The notes: generated by a model not told the origin, from the letters alone. DNA of 64,000 nt from Methanobacteriota archaeon (GCA_002722595.1 PBMO01000021.1:3217-67216); one strand, 5' to 3'. Shown: positions 31,337 through 41,899, counted from the stretch's first letter. Program-made: numbers and translations.

Positions 31337-32668
31337 TCAAATCAAATCTTCACTTTTACGGATTCCAGCCAAACCAATTGCTAATACTGCTAGCATTGGG
31401 GATGCGAATGGGAGGAACCCCGAATCATCAGAATCCAATATCTCAACGAGATCCTCATGAATCGATTCGTTGACCCAAATACTAGCATCAATGACACGCT
31501 TTTGGTAGTACAACTCAAAGTAACCCGTGTCACTAATCGTCAAATTTGAGGTGTCGAGAGATACCTGTGTATTGTTGGTAGCATTGACTCCAAATGCTTC
31601 TGAGGTCCATTGAACGTCACCGTCAACGATGTAACGAACGGTAGCATTTGATGTACTAGCTCGCCCCAAGTTGTCGACGTCAAGAGCAATTTTATTATCC
31701 TCGACAACGAATGAATTGATGGAAAGTCTCGCTCTCCAATACCATACATTATCGATAAGATATCGCATCACATCCATCTCTTCTCCCAATCGATCCTCTA
31801 GAGATTCAAAAGAACCTGGGACAAACTGTTCATCATCAGTTTCGAACGTGAATGTTGGAAAACCCATCACTCCATATCCATAGTCCCGACTCGTGCCGCA
31901 ATTGGGATATAATCCCTGATTTGCATTTTGGATTGGAATGTCTGAGATGTTTGCATGGACATCATCTCTGATGAAGTGAAAAAGTTCCCAATCTGAGGGT
32001 TGTTCAGGCCATTTCCCCCAAGGATAGAGCATAATCCAAACCCCTGTATGCATGGTTACATACAGATCAGCATCAGGAACCTCTGTATTCATGTAAATCG
32101 AATTTGCATGTGTTTCAGATTCGCTGAATGCACTACTACCCGGTTGTGTGGTCGGACAGGTATTCCAATAATGGTCGTAATTTCGATTCAAATCGACTTG
32201 ATTGATATTCCAACGCGTATCGATATCGTTCCCATCAGGGTTGAGCATAATCAGAACGTGTATCTCTGAATTTTGTAAGACTCGGACAGCCTCCTCATCC
32301 CCATCATTCCAACCATTGATGTACCATTTAGCTGACAACCATGCGAGTGCGGTTCCCAAGTACTCATTGCCATGGTGGCCCCCATCAATGTAGATGATCT
32401 CTTTTGGACCCCCATCTGATTTTGTTTCCATTGACCAATCGGACAATCGAACCACCCAGAGAGTCTTTCCAAGTTCGGATTTACCAACATCAACTAAATC
32501 TACAATATCTGGGTTTTCATCAGCCCACTCATTGACTTCGAGTGTCATTGCAGCCCAAGTCATGTGCACATGATTATCAACAGGTTCTCCCGGCCATTCC
32601 TGTTCACCAGTAACGATTGCTGGTGTCATAATCATGACCACAAGAAACACCGCAAGCCCGCGCATCAT
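31337..32668 (-). CDS. Secreted, membrane-anchored zinc carboxypeptidase (M14)
   Basis: Signal peptide, HHGNE, NPDG, DLNRN, FTFE; C-terminal sorting-like TM (GFLPF...IRK). Confidence 0.88.
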   Translation of the reverse strand: MMRGLAVFLVVMIMTPAIVTGEQEWPGEPVDNHVHMTWAAMTLEVNEWADENPDIVDLVDVGKSELGKTLWVVRLSDWSMETKSDGGPKEIIYIDGGHHGNEYLGTALAWLSAKWYINGWNDGDEEAVRVLQNSEIHVLIMLNPDGNDIDTRWNINQVDLNRNYDHYWNTCPTTQPGSSAFSESETHANSIYMNTEVPDADLYVTMHTGVWIMLYPWGKWPEQPSDWELFHFIRDDVHANISDIPIQNANQGLYPNCGTSRDYGYGVMGFPTFTFETDDEQFVPGSFESLEDRLGEEMDVMRYLIDNVWYWRARLSINSFVVEDNKIALDVDNLGRASTSNATVRYIVDGDVQWTSEAFGVNATNNTQVSLDTSNLTISDTGYFELYYQKRVIDASIWVNESIHEDLVEILDSDDSGFLPFASPMLAVLAIGLAGIRKSEDLI

Positions 32669-32704
32669 ACCGCTGGTGTGGTGATGTGGATTTGAGATTA
32701 TGCC

Positions 32705-33616
32705 TCATTCGTTAAGCAGACAACTTAGCAAAATTGGAAGCACGATGGTCGCATCGGATTCGATAACAAATTTTGGAGTCTCAACCCCTAACTTGTCCCA
32801 ACTGATCTTTTCATTTGGGGGGGCGCCTGAGTAGCCCCCGTAGGATGGGCGAGATTCTGAAATTTGTGCAAACCATGCCCAAAGCGGCACATCTTCACCG
32901 AGATCTTGTCGCAACATGGGTACAGCACAAATGGGGAAGTCCCCGGCAATTCCTCCACCTACTTGCAGGAATCCGTTATTGGGATTTTCACGAACCCAAT
33001 CCGCCAAGGTAAGCATGTAGTGTGTGCCCCCAAGTACGGCATTGATGTTGACAGTTCCATCTATCACGCGAGCAGCAAAGATGTTGCCAAGTGTTGAATC
33101 TTCCCAACCAGGCACGAACAACGGCAAATTCAATTCTGCAGCAGCGAGAAGCCAAGAGTCAGCAGGTTCGGCATCAGCCTCAATATTTTTCACCACATCA
33201 TAGAGAAATTCATGTGGCAACCTCCCATGAGAATCTTTCCATAAAGAAACCAATTGAGATTCAACTTTTCGAATAGCATTTTCTTCCGGTAAAGTTCTAT
33301 TGGTAATTCGATTTTTCAATTGAGATTCTTCACTTGGCGAAAGGTCCCTCCAATTTGGAATGTCTCCATAATGTGAAGCTGCGATTAGTTGAAACAAATC
33401 CTCTTCCAAATTGGCACCCGTGCAACAAATCGCATGCACTTTGCCTTCTCTAATGGCTGGGGCCAAACTTCGTCCGATTTCAGCAGTACTCATGGCTCCA
33501 GCAAGTGTAATCATCAGCCGCCCATGATTTTCGACAAATTGACGCAATGATTCGGCACATCGACGTAATTCACCAGCATTGAAATGGCGAAAATGTCGAT
33601 CAACGAAATCTCGCAT
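32705..33616 (-). CDS. Deoxyhypusine synthase-like protein (bacterial type; possible homospermidine synthase)
   Basis: FRHFNA, LAGAMSTAE, CTGANLEED, GGGIAGDFPIC, GGYSGAPPNEKISWDKL, ESDATIV. Confidence 0.88.
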   Translation of the reverse strand: MRDFVDRHFRHFNAGELRRCAESLRQFVENHGRLMITLAGAMSTAEIGRSLAPAIREGKVHAICCTGANLEEDLFQLIAASHYGDIPNWRDLSPSEESQLKNRITNRTLPEENAIRKVESQLVSLWKDSHGRLPHEFLYDVVKNIEADAEPADSWLLAAAELNLPLFVPGWEDSTLGNIFAARVIDGTVNINAVLGGTHYMLTLADWVRENPNNGFLQVGGGIAGDFPICAVPMLRQDLGEDVPLWAWFAQISESRPSYGGYSGAPPNEKISWDKLGVETPKFVIESDATIVLPILLSCLLNE

Positions 33617-33617
33617 A

Positions 33618-33983
33618 TTAGTCCTCCATCACAAATCGATCAATTTCGGTTCTTTGGACCAAATGAATTGTTGGAATAGAATCTACTAATTTAGCATGAA
33701 TATCATCAGCGATTCCAGCAGGATTGACATCACCGCATGTAAAACAATCCACCGCTAGGATACCTTCGTCTGCGTAGCAGTGTGCACTAACGTGACTTTC
33801 ATCGATGAGGACGACTGCTGCAAATCCAAGTGGGCTCACACTCCCATCGAAGATAGAAACATGTGCATGTACTTCCCTTGCGTTCGATTTTGCAACAGAG
33901 GATTGCAATACATCTAGCATCCAGTTTCCATTACCTCTGAATCCAGAATAGTCCAAGGTGATATGCCGCCCTTTTGATTTCAT
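33618..33983 (-). CDS. SpeD-family pyruvoyl decarboxylase proenzyme (AdoMetDC or arginine decarboxylase)
   Basis: GRH, ESH self-cleavage motif, DCFTCG. Confidence 0.85.
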   Translation of the reverse strand: MKSKGRHITLDYSGFRGNGNWMLDVLQSSVAKSNAREVHAHVSIFDGSVSPLGFAAVVLIDESHVSAHCYADEGILAVDCFTCGDVNPAGIADDIHAKLVDSIPTIHLVQRTEIDRFVMED

Positions 33984-34894
33984 TGTAGTCCCTCCAATTT
34001 CCGTGCGAGAAATGCTGCAGTAATTTTTGTGGCCAACATTGCAGCTGTGAATTCAGTAACGTGATTATTTGGATCGGGTACGATTTCATTGATATCGGCC
34101 CCAATCCAGTTTATTGATTTGTTAAGTGAGATTGTTTCGATAGTATCTACAATTTGCCAATATGCAAGCCCACCTGGGACGGGAGTACCTGTTGTAGGTG
34201 CATAAGCAGGATTTAATCCATCAATATCTAATGTAAGCCAAACTGGGCCATTCAGCGATGATAGGGTGCTAAGCCAAGACTTCCAATGTTCTTCTCCACC
34301 ACAGGGATTCAGAATATCTCTAGCTAACCATAAATCGACTCTTTCGTCGGATTCAGCGAACTCTACTTCCTCTCTTGAGATTGCGCGAATACCGATTTGA
34401 AGAATCTTATTTACACCTAATTCTAGAGTTCTCCGAGCGGCACAAGCATGACTATCAGGGTCTCCATTCAGATGTTCGCGTAAATCTGCATGTGCATCAA
34501 TTTGTACTATTGTTAATTCTTGCAAATCTACACGCTCTGAAACTGCTCGAATTATAGCAGGTAACATTCCGTGCTCTCCACCTAAAATTATCGGGAATCC
34601 GGATTCAAAGGATGCAACATAACGGGATATACCATCCAATTGTTCTTGTAATGTATTTCCACTTCCATCCCATGGTTTAGCAGTATGAATTGAAAATCCA
34701 CAAGGTAAATCATTTGGCAACAAAGGATCGTATAATTCCACCTGTGCTGATGCAGAAATAGTCGCAATAGGTCCATGGCATGTGCCTTGTCCATAAGATG
34801 TAGTCAATTCGTAAGGAACCGACATTACAACAACATCGGGGTCCCCGTCTAGTTGAGGAATCCCGAGAAATGCCCCTTCCTTGAATTCGGTCAC
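33980..34894 (-). CDS. speB: Agmatinase
   Basis: GGEH, DAHADLR, DIDGL, TGTPVPGG. Confidence 0.88.
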   Translation of the reverse strand: MTEFKEGAFLGIPQLDGDPDVVVMSVPYELTTSYGQGTCHGPIATISASAQVELYDPLLPNDLPCGFSIHTAKPWDGSGNTLQEQLDGISRYVASFESGFPIILGGEHGMLPAIIRAVSERVDLQELTIVQIDAHADLREHLNGDPDSHACAARRTLELGVNKILQIGIRAISREEVEFAESDERVDLWLARDILNPCGGEEHWKSWLSTLSSLNGPVWLTLDIDGLNPAYAPTTGTPVPGGLAYWQIVDTIETISLNKSINWIGADINEIVPDPNNHVTEFTAAMLATKITAAFLARKLEGLQ

Positions 34895-35026
34895 AGAACA
34901 GACGCGGGCAATCCATCGTTTAATGGTGACGAAACCGCATGATGTAGCCTAATTGCTAACCCAAATCGCCAACTGTTGAAATAGGGCCCCCTCCTCCCCT
35001 GTAACGTTGCCGAGGATTTTCGGCGC

Positions 35027-35443
35027 ATGGGGGAATATGAAATGGGAATGAGTTTAGCATCTCTAACTGCTGCCATTCAAACCCATATTGATCCTGATAT
35101 GGATACTGTCACTGCTGAAGGCATGGCTGAACATGCCCTTGGTTTCTTTGGTTTCTATGATCGCATCATTGACAATGCACTTGAACCAACAGATAGAAAT
35201 CTGTTTTACATGTTCCAGGATTACGATTTGTTGACAACTGAATCAGAGGAAACAACACTTTGGGATGGCCGTGAATGGCGTATTCATTATTGGAAATTTA
35301 AACCAGAAGCCGTCAATGCTTTGGAAAAGCCAAAGAAGAAAGTGATCGATGATGACCCTTATGCTGGAATATATGATGATGTTCCAGATGGATTATGGCG
35401 CACCCTTTCTGATGACGATTACGAAGAACCACTTTGGGATTAA
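35027..35443 (+). CDS. Conserved Thermoplasmata protein (DUF6015-like)
   Basis: FFGFYDRIIDNALEP.DR..FY, GREWRIHYW; family assignment from recall only. Confidence 0.6.
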   Translation: MGEYEMGMSLASLTAAIQTHIDPDMDTVTAEGMAEHALGFFGFYDRIIDNALEPTDRNLFYMFQDYDLLTTESEETTLWDGREWRIHYWKFKPEAVNALEKPKKKVIDDDPYAGIYDDVPDGLWRTLSDDDYEEPLWD

Positions 35444-35444
35444 G

Positions 35445-35516
35445 TGCACACGCCGAGATTTGAACTCGGGTGGTATGGTTGGGAACCATACATCATAACC
35501 ACTAGATCACGTGTGC
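35445..35516 (-). tRNA. tRNA-Gly (CCC)
   Basis: Cloverleaf: acceptor GCACACG/CGTGTGC+A, anticodon arm TATGG-TTCCCAA-CCATA, T arm CCGAG-TTCAAAT-CTCGG; no intron, CCA not encoded. Confidence 0.95.
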
Positions 35517-35517
35517 A

Positions 35518-36156
35518 TCAGAATCGGCGTTTTCTATGTTGCCGTGTACAATCTACGCCGGGAAATTGGTCTTCAGTTTCACGGTACACAGTTTTCAGAT
35601 TTTTCACAAATTTCTCATCTCGGACTAAAAGAACGAAATCTTTGACACCTGGGTCTTCTTCAGCATCTAACCAACCAAGAAGGATTTCCATTGTCATTCT
35701 TGCACCTTCACGATGTGGGTACGCATAAATCCCCATTGAAAGCGGTGGACAAACCATTGTTTCAACGGTTCCCAAGGCCTTTACTTGCTCAAACATGGCT
35801 TCGTATGATTTACGAATTAATTCTCTTCGTCCTTCATCTTGACTTGGCCTCCGGCAATCTGGCCCGACTACATGAATAAGATGCTCATGTGGTAAATCAA
35901 AAGCTGAAGTCGTTACTGCAGTACCTACTGGACACGGCTGCATATTTTTTGCACGTTGTGCCTTACTAATTTCGATACACTTTTCCCGCAACTTTTCTCC
36001 AGCAGCTGTGTGCATTTTAGCATCTAAGCCTTCCCGGCCAGCTAATCTGTTGTTCGCACATGTGACTGCAACCTGTGCCTCATATCGAGTCAAATCTCCA
36101 GGTATCACACGAAGTAGTGAATGACGGCATTGCCTAGCGATGATAACGTCCGCCAT
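35518..36156 (-). CDS. Macro domain protein
   Basis: GDLT, CANNRL.G..G, IHVVGP, PLSMGIYAYP. Confidence 0.85.
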   Translation of the reverse strand: MADVIIARQCRHSLLRVIPGDLTRYEAQVAVTCANNRLAGREGLDAKMHTAAGEKLREKCIEISKAQRAKNMQPCPVGTAVTTSAFDLPHEHLIHVVGPDCRRPSQDEGRRELIRKSYEAMFEQVKALGTVETMVCPPLSMGIYAYPHREGARMTMEILLGWLDAEEDPGVKDFVLLVRDEKFVKNLKTVYRETEDQFPGVDCTRQHRKRRF

Positions 36157-36286
36157 ACTTCGACAGGGGGGGGCGGTGTGCTTTATGCCCATCGCCGATT
36201 TATGTCAATTGGATACCATTATTCAACATAATGCAGCCTCATCAAACTGCCGACATTGTCAAAAGTTGATTGATAGGGCCGAGTTT

Positions 36287-39200
36287 GTGCACCGTCGTTC
36301 GGCGATCATCCTCGCCCTTCTCTTCACGTTACAGAGTTGGTCTTCTATGCCCCTCTCTGAGGAGGAAATAATCCACTCTAGCGTAGGGGAAGAGATATCT
36401 TTTCGAGACATTGCAGTAGTTGAACCCTTTTCTCACCAAACATTCGCAGATTACAGTGATGTTGCAGTTGTAATCAATAATCAGAGTACTGAAAGTAGAA
36501 TAATCGGCACCGCATTTGCACTTGCTCGTAATATATCTCCGGAGCGTGTTTTCTTGTTAACAAATGAAAGCACACCCACTGGAGAAACCATCAACTCAAA
36601 TCAATTTACTGATTATTTCTCTAATCCGATTTCGCAGATGATTTCAGAACGGAATTTGACCGATTTGAATGTTCTTGTTACAACCAAAGGAGTCCCCCTT
36701 CGGGTCAATGGAGGAACAAATTCTCGTGCGTCATTTGATTCTGAATTAGCCCTGATTAATGGTCCCTATGCATCATCTATTTTTGCTGATTGGAATGTTA
36801 ATTCAAACTATGGTTTGGCAGCAGGAAATGAGATGAAAGCATTCGACCGAAGTGAACAAGGATACTATCTGGTCACGCGATTGACTGGCTACGATGTAGA
36901 GACCGCATTGGGTTTAATCACCAAGACGAACAACAGTTTTGGGCAACATGGATTGAGCGTTCTGGATTTGGCAACAAATAGGAATGGTTCAGGATACAAA
37001 TGGTGGAATGACCTGTTATACACAACCAATGAAACACTGACGAATATGGGATTCCCAGTCCATTTCAATCAAAATAGTACTTATGTTACCAATATGGAAA
37101 ATGTCTCGATGTATGCTGCTTGGGGAAGTAATGATGGTTCTTGGGGCAACAATCAATTGGCGAATTCTGGTTACGATACATCAGATGGAAGTTGGTCGAC
37201 AGGGTCACGATACTGGGATGGTGTTGGCCCATCATTGTCCTCTGGTGAACAGTGGTGGTGGACGCGTCAAACCGAAACAAAGAGGAATGGAAATGCAGCC
37301 ATGGAAGGTCGTCTTGAGGATGCGCCTTGTGGAGCAAACGATGCCTCGATTACAAATGGTTTGCTCGCAGAATACTTCGACAACAATGGCGTCTCTTACA
37401 ATGTGAGCACAATGGTAAACCTCTCAGGTAGAACGCCCGATTTTGTGCGTCATGAACCGAATATTGATTGGCCCTCTACACAGAGTGCTTGGACTGGTTT
37501 AGATAGCCGCTTCCTTGAGTATTGGAGTGCGCGACATAGTGGAATCATTCACATTCCAACCGCTGGTAATTGGACCTTCTATCTACGGAGTGATGATGGT
37601 TCAAAACTGTGGATTGATGACGCGGAAATAGTTGACAATCAAGGACATCACGCCATGCAAGAGAGATCAGGGACAGTTTGGCTTGATGCAGGAGAGCACC
37701 ATCTTCGTACCGAATTTTTTGAGCATGGAGGGTATGCTGGACTAGAGCTCAAATGGGAAGGGCCAGGGATCTCAAAACAAACTGTTCCAAATAACGTATT
37801 GACTCGAGGAAGTAGTTCCCCCGTCAGAGAGGCGGAGTTAATTCATCATTGGGATTTCAACGAAGTTAGCGGTGATGTTGCAAACGATTCAATCGGTTCG
37901 GCCCACCTGAATTTCACAGGAACCAATGGTTCTCAATGGCGCACTTGTGTGCTAGGTAATTGTGCATTCTTCGATGGTATAGATGATGAAGCCAGGGTCG
38001 ATGTAGATGATATGGTATCGGATTTCACAGTGAGCATGTGGATTCAGGCAAACCATAGTGGCCAATCTCGCCACTCGTCTGCAATCGCCGTGAACGATGT
38101 GGCAGGTGATGATGATTCATTCCAGTTCCAGACGAGTGGGGGGAATCCTGGGAATTGGGAATTATATCACAACAATTCGTACAGCTTTGGAACCGTTGAT
38201 CACACCGTTTGGCAACACCTTGTCGCCACATTTTCCAATGACACAATCACGCTTTACATGGATGGATTTGAGGTACTCAATCAAAGTGTGCCCAATGGTA
38301 CCGTGAATAGTATTGAAATTTACAAATTCGGTGTTAACAGAGCAGGGAATACACATTTCGCTGGCGTGATTGATGAGGTACAGATTTGGGAAACCGCCCT
38401 AAATTCTGAGGAAGTGGCAGATGTCCATGATGAAATCGTTTGGATTTGTCCATCATTCGATAGTACCAACAACTCCGTTGCTTATGTTGAACAAACTGCC
38501 AACCTTGTGGAGTCCGGCGATCCACTTGATGGCAACCACGCTTGGGTTCTTGATGGATATTCGATGAGAGAAGGATGGGTCGAAGGTGACTGGTGGTTAG
38601 AGGTAGAAACATTTGATGCAAATGGAACCACACTATCCATCAATAGGTCAGATACACGTTCCTTTTCAGATGATTGGCAAAATAGGCAACTTCGCTTCCG
38701 ACCGGGTATACAAGCAACAAGTTTCTCAGTTCGCCAAGTTGCAGAATTTTCTGACGGGACATACAACGGTTCAATTTTCTTTGATACATTGAAACTTTAT
38801 CCAATAATTCCTCATTTCACATGGTTAGATGGGAGTATCGCTGAAACTGCTGTTAGTACTGGTGGACGCACATTTGCCCTTAACTCAAGTTATGGACAAA
38901 GTTTGATTTCGGACCTACTTGATGATGGCGTTTCAGGTGTGAAGGGATATGTGTACGAACCATATCTAACGGCGGTTTCAAATCCTGAACAATTGCTTTC
39001 GTGCTATGCTGATGGGTATACAATGTCAGAATGTTATGCTGCTTCGAATACCATGCTTTCTTGGATGGGTACAGTGGTAGGGGATCCAAAAATGGCAGCT
39101 TTTGGTGATCGTTTACACGATATCAACATCTCTGATGTTTACGCACCAAACAGGCTTTCAGTTGGAGAGAATGGTACTTTAGAGGTTCTTTTAGAAAACC

Positions 39201-41422
39201 TCGCACCAGGCATTGCAAATGGTTTCCTTGAAATCCGAGACCGGCAAAATAACCTTCTTCTAGCAAATCATTCTTTGACACTTCCTGGCGGAAATGATGC
39301 AGGGAGCCGACTAATCTTGCCTGTTAATGTCACACCTGCTAGAACAGGTTTTGTAGAATTTATTGTTCGGTGGATTTCAGCAGATTCTCATCCAGAACGA
39401 ATAGTTGAGAACAATATCGCATTACTAAACATAGAGATTAATTCGAGTCCAGAAATCGACGAAAAAACATGCTCGACTTCGACTGCATCAAGAGGTGGTG
39501 TGGTGATTTGCAGGGTTGAGGTTACTGATGATTTTGGAATATCTACTGCAACATTGAATTGGCGCTATAACCAAACTAATTCTTCCTATAGTTCAATATC
39601 TGCCTCCACAAATGATGGAGGATTCACATGGACTGCTGCAATATCAATTCCAATCGATGCTCCTTTGACTAGTGTTGAGTTGCATTGGATAGTTTACGAT
39701 ATCCAAAATCTAAGTTCTGAAATCACGTGGAGTGATGCCTTCGATATTGTCGATTCTAGTGCTACATGGTATGGTGTGCATATAGGTGCAGTGGATCTTG
39801 AGCCATGGCTTGGGATATATCCTCCTGTAGAAAGTGGCGATGGATGGATTCGGGGTCGAAACCATACCATCTCCGCATGTGTGATTGATATTGATCACAA
39901 TCCAACAAATCAAGCACCATCAATACAAGTAGATGGCATTGAAATCGACACTCCTACAATATTCAGTACAAGTGGTAGCCAAACATGTTACAGAACAATC
40001 TGGTCACCCGAAGCAGGAACTCCTCTGCAAGCAGTGACGATTTCACTGTATTCAGATGGAATCGAATGGACCAATCGAACCTTAATTCCAGACGACCTTC
40101 CACCAACGGCAGTATTGTCTCTATTCGGTGAAACTTTTTTCAGTGGCGTAAATGATCATATTAGAGTGGAAATCCTTGATGAGGACGACCCTCAAACTAA
40201 CTATTCGGTCGATGTTGAAATTGAATGGCCAGGGGCAGGCACCCAATCAGTCGATTCAGAATATACCACCGCTCCCCCTGGCCTTGAGCCGGGTGATGCT
40301 CAAATCATAGCCTCCATTTCGGAAGGCAAATGGCAGGGGATGCAGTGGACATGGGATCACCCTGTATTTTTAACTCAGCCAAGTGTGAAGGTCGTCTCCA
40401 TTTGCCATGAAGGGATTTCGGCTAACCAAGTCACACGTGGTGTAAATGGAAGCAATATATGGATAGAAGTCGAAGACAGCAGATCGATTCAGAATGCCGG
40501 TATCAAATATAGCGACGGTGATGGAATTGAACATGTAATGAACTATGTTTCAATTGTCGATTCACAGCCCCCGTCGTTGTGTATATCCAATCTTAACAAA
40601 AATTCACAATACTTTGCGATACCCATAGATTCAGAAATATCAATTGGGATGAAATTGGGGCTAATTTCATACCAAATCAATGTGCAGGACATCGATTTAG
40701 TCACTGGGTTTTCTGAATCTTCAACATTTGAATTGGTGGGTTCTCCGCCAGTTATTGATTTATCTTCTATTCCTGTATCAATGGTTTCAGGAAATGAATA
40801 CACACTACGGGCCAATATTACAGACTCAGATGGAATCTCTGGGATGGAATGTTCAGTCTTAATCAAAGACGAATCTCAAATATCCCTCTTTTCAGAAATT
40901 TTCCGCCCCGAATTGGATGGCAAGTGGTCTAAACCATGGATCCCATCTGAACAACAAGAAACCAATCAAACGCTTTACTTCACATGTCTTGATGAAACAA
41001 GAGAGTCAACATCATCCGAGATAAATTTACACATTATGGAAAATCTTTCATCAATAGATGCTGAAAACAATTCTTTGCGACAAACAAACGTCGAATCAAG
41101 AATATCTCCTTATCTAGCAATTGTATTTGTAGTGGCTTTGGCTATACTTGTTGTATCTTTGATATCTATCAACAAGCGACAATTTGACGAAGAAGAAATA
41201 CTCGATGAAGAACTACCAGATGATGCTTGGTCAAAGAGTAATTCAAGCAGTACTGACGATGAGTTGTTAGAAATGGCAGGACTAGAATCTTCTACAACTG
41301 AACAATGGACGGATGAACAATTAATTGCTGCTGGTTGGACACAGGCACAGGTTGAAACATATCGAAATCAAAATCAATATGCTGAGCAAGATATCTTGAA
41401 TATTATTCAAGAAGAAGAATGA
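36287..41422 (+). CDS. Large surface protein: TIGR03790-like domain interrupted by PA14 and LamG domains, Ig-like stalk, C-terminal TM
   Basis: VAVVINN..S..I, YLVTRLTGYD, WGSND then IAETAVSTGGRT, GVKGYVYEPYL, SWMGTVVGDP; PA14 (FYLRSDDGSKLWID); LamG (WQHLVAT, GVIDEVQIW); GTG start inferred. Confidence 0.8.
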   Translation: MHRRSAIILALLFTLQSWSSMPLSEEEIIHSSVGEEISFRDIAVVEPFSHQTFADYSDVAVVINNQSTESRIIGTAFALARNISPERVFLLTNESTPTGETINSNQFTDYFSNPISQMISERNLTDLNVLVTTKGVPLRVNGGTNSRASFDSELALINGPYASSIFADWNVNSNYGLAAGNEMKAFDRSEQGYYLVTRLTGYDVETALGLITKTNNSFGQHGLSVLDLATNRNGSGYKWWNDLLYTTNETLTNMGFPVHFNQNSTYVTNMENVSMYAAWGSNDGSWGNNQLANSGYDTSDGSWSTGSRYWDGVGPSLSSGEQWWWTRQTETKRNGNAAMEGRLEDAPCGANDASITNGLLAEYFDNNGVSYNVSTMVNLSGRTPDFVRHEPNIDWPSTQSAWTGLDSRFLEYWSARHSGIIHIPTAGNWTFYLRSDDGSKLWIDDAEIVDNQGHHAMQERSGTVWLDAGEHHLRTEFFEHGGYAGLELKWEGPGISKQTVPNNVLTRGSSSPVREAELIHHWDFNEVSGDVANDSIGSAHLNFTGTNGSQWRTCVLGNCAFFDGIDDEARVDVDDMVSDFTVSMWIQANHSGQSRHSSAIAVNDVAGDDDSFQFQTSGGNPGNWELYHNNSYSFGTVDHTVWQHLVATFSNDTITLYMDGFEVLNQSVPNGTVNSIEIYKFGVNRAGNTHFAGVIDEVQIWETALNSEEVADVHDEIVWICPSFDSTNNSVAYVEQTANLVESGDPLDGNHAWVLDGYSMREGWVEGDWWLEVETFDANGTTLSINRSDTRSFSDDWQNRQLRFRPGIQATSFSVRQVAEFSDGTYNGSIFFDTLKLYPIIPHFTWLDGSIAETAVSTGGRTFALNSSYGQSLISDLLDDGVSGVKGYVYEPYLTAVSNPEQLLSCYADGYTMSECYAASNTMLSWMGTVVGDPKMAAFGDRLHDINISDVYAPNRLSVGENGTLEVLLENLAPGIANGFLEIRDRQNNLLLANHSLTLPGGNDAGSRLILPVNVTPARTGFVEFIVRWISADSHPERIVENNIALLNIEINSSPEIDEKTCSTSTASRGGVVICRVEVTDDFGISTATLNWRYNQTNSSYSSISASTNDGGFTWTAAISIPIDAPLTSVELHWIVYDIQNLSSEITWSDAFDIVDSSATWYGVHIGAVDLEPWLGIYPPVESGDGWIRGRNHTISACVIDIDHNPTNQAPSIQVDGIEIDTPTIFSTSGSQTCYRTIWSPEAGTPLQAVTISLYSDGIEWTNRTLIPDDLPPTAVLSLFGETFFSGVNDHIRVEILDEDDPQTNYSVDVEIEWPGAGTQSVDSEYTTAPPGLEPGDAQIIASISEGKWQGMQWTWDHPVFLTQPSVKVVSICHEGISANQVTRGVNGSNIWIEVEDSRSIQNAGIKYSDGDGIEHVMNYVSIVDSQPPSLCISNLNKNSQYFAIPIDSEISIGMKLGLISYQINVQDIDLVTGFSESSTFELVGSPPVIDLSSIPVSMVSGNEYTLRANITDSDGISGMECSVLIKDESQISLFSEIFRPELDGKWSKPWIPSEQQETNQTLYFTCLDETRESTSSEINLHIMENLSSIDAENNSLRQTNVESRISPYLAIVFVVALAILVVSLISINKRQFDEEEILDEELPDDAWSKSNSSSTDDELLEMAGLESSTTEQWTDEQLIAAGWTQAQVETYRNQNQYAEQDILNIIQEEE

Positions 41423-41588
41423 AATTTATTCTACTTTAACGCTAAATCATCAGGTTTCGAGGCCCTGCAAAGCATATTCTGAACTAGTCCGAAAATAGGA
41501 AAAACTGCTAATTGGGCCGCAGTATAGCGTTTAGAAAGGGGAATGCTTAAGGAGGTTCTCAGTACCGTTACCCCCAGAGGTGAACTCT

Positions 41589-41855
41589 ATGGCAGATAAG
41601 AAATATTTCGTCCTAATGCAGGGCGGTAAAGACACAGCACAAGTCTTCGCAAGCCGTCAACCACGTGGCGCGGCTTTGAAGGCGGCCACTCGTGGCCACA
41701 CTGAAATCCACCTGAGAGAGCGCGGTACCAAGCGTGTACACGTGTTCACAGGTTCGGTAACAATGGTAGACCCACCAGCTTCCGCACCAGCGTGGCTACA
41801 GGGTAAGAAGATCAAGAAAGCAAACGTGAAAAAGCAACGCGTTGAGCATCTTTGA
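41589..41855 (+). CDS. Non-histone chromosomal protein MC1
   Basis: VF..RQPRGAALKAA.RG, IHLRERGTKRVHVF, PAWL, KANVKK; GAGGTGA Shine-Dalgarno. Confidence 0.92.
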   Translation: MADKKYFVLMQGGKDTAQVFASRQPRGAALKAATRGHTEIHLRERGTKRVHVFTGSVTMVDPPASAPAWLQGKKIKKANVKKQRVEHL

Positions 41856-41899
41856 ACAGTTCTTAGCAAGGTCAACCAAACACAAGATGACACACAAAT

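Noticed and set aside
29200..33000. Apparently higher-GC segment as a foreign island
   Set aside because: Not quantified; ordinary genes, no mobility signatures, and codon bias could explain it
33270..33340. Possible frameshift or pseudogenisation in the DHS-like gene
   Set aside because: Frame is intact; NRITNRTLPEE aligns with the family motif with only a short deletion
35444..35728. 94-aa plus-strand ORF
   Set aside because: Antisense to tRNA-Gly and the macrodomain gene
35445..41422. Integrated element at tRNA-Gly
   Set aside because: No integrase and no duplicated tRNA 3' end seen
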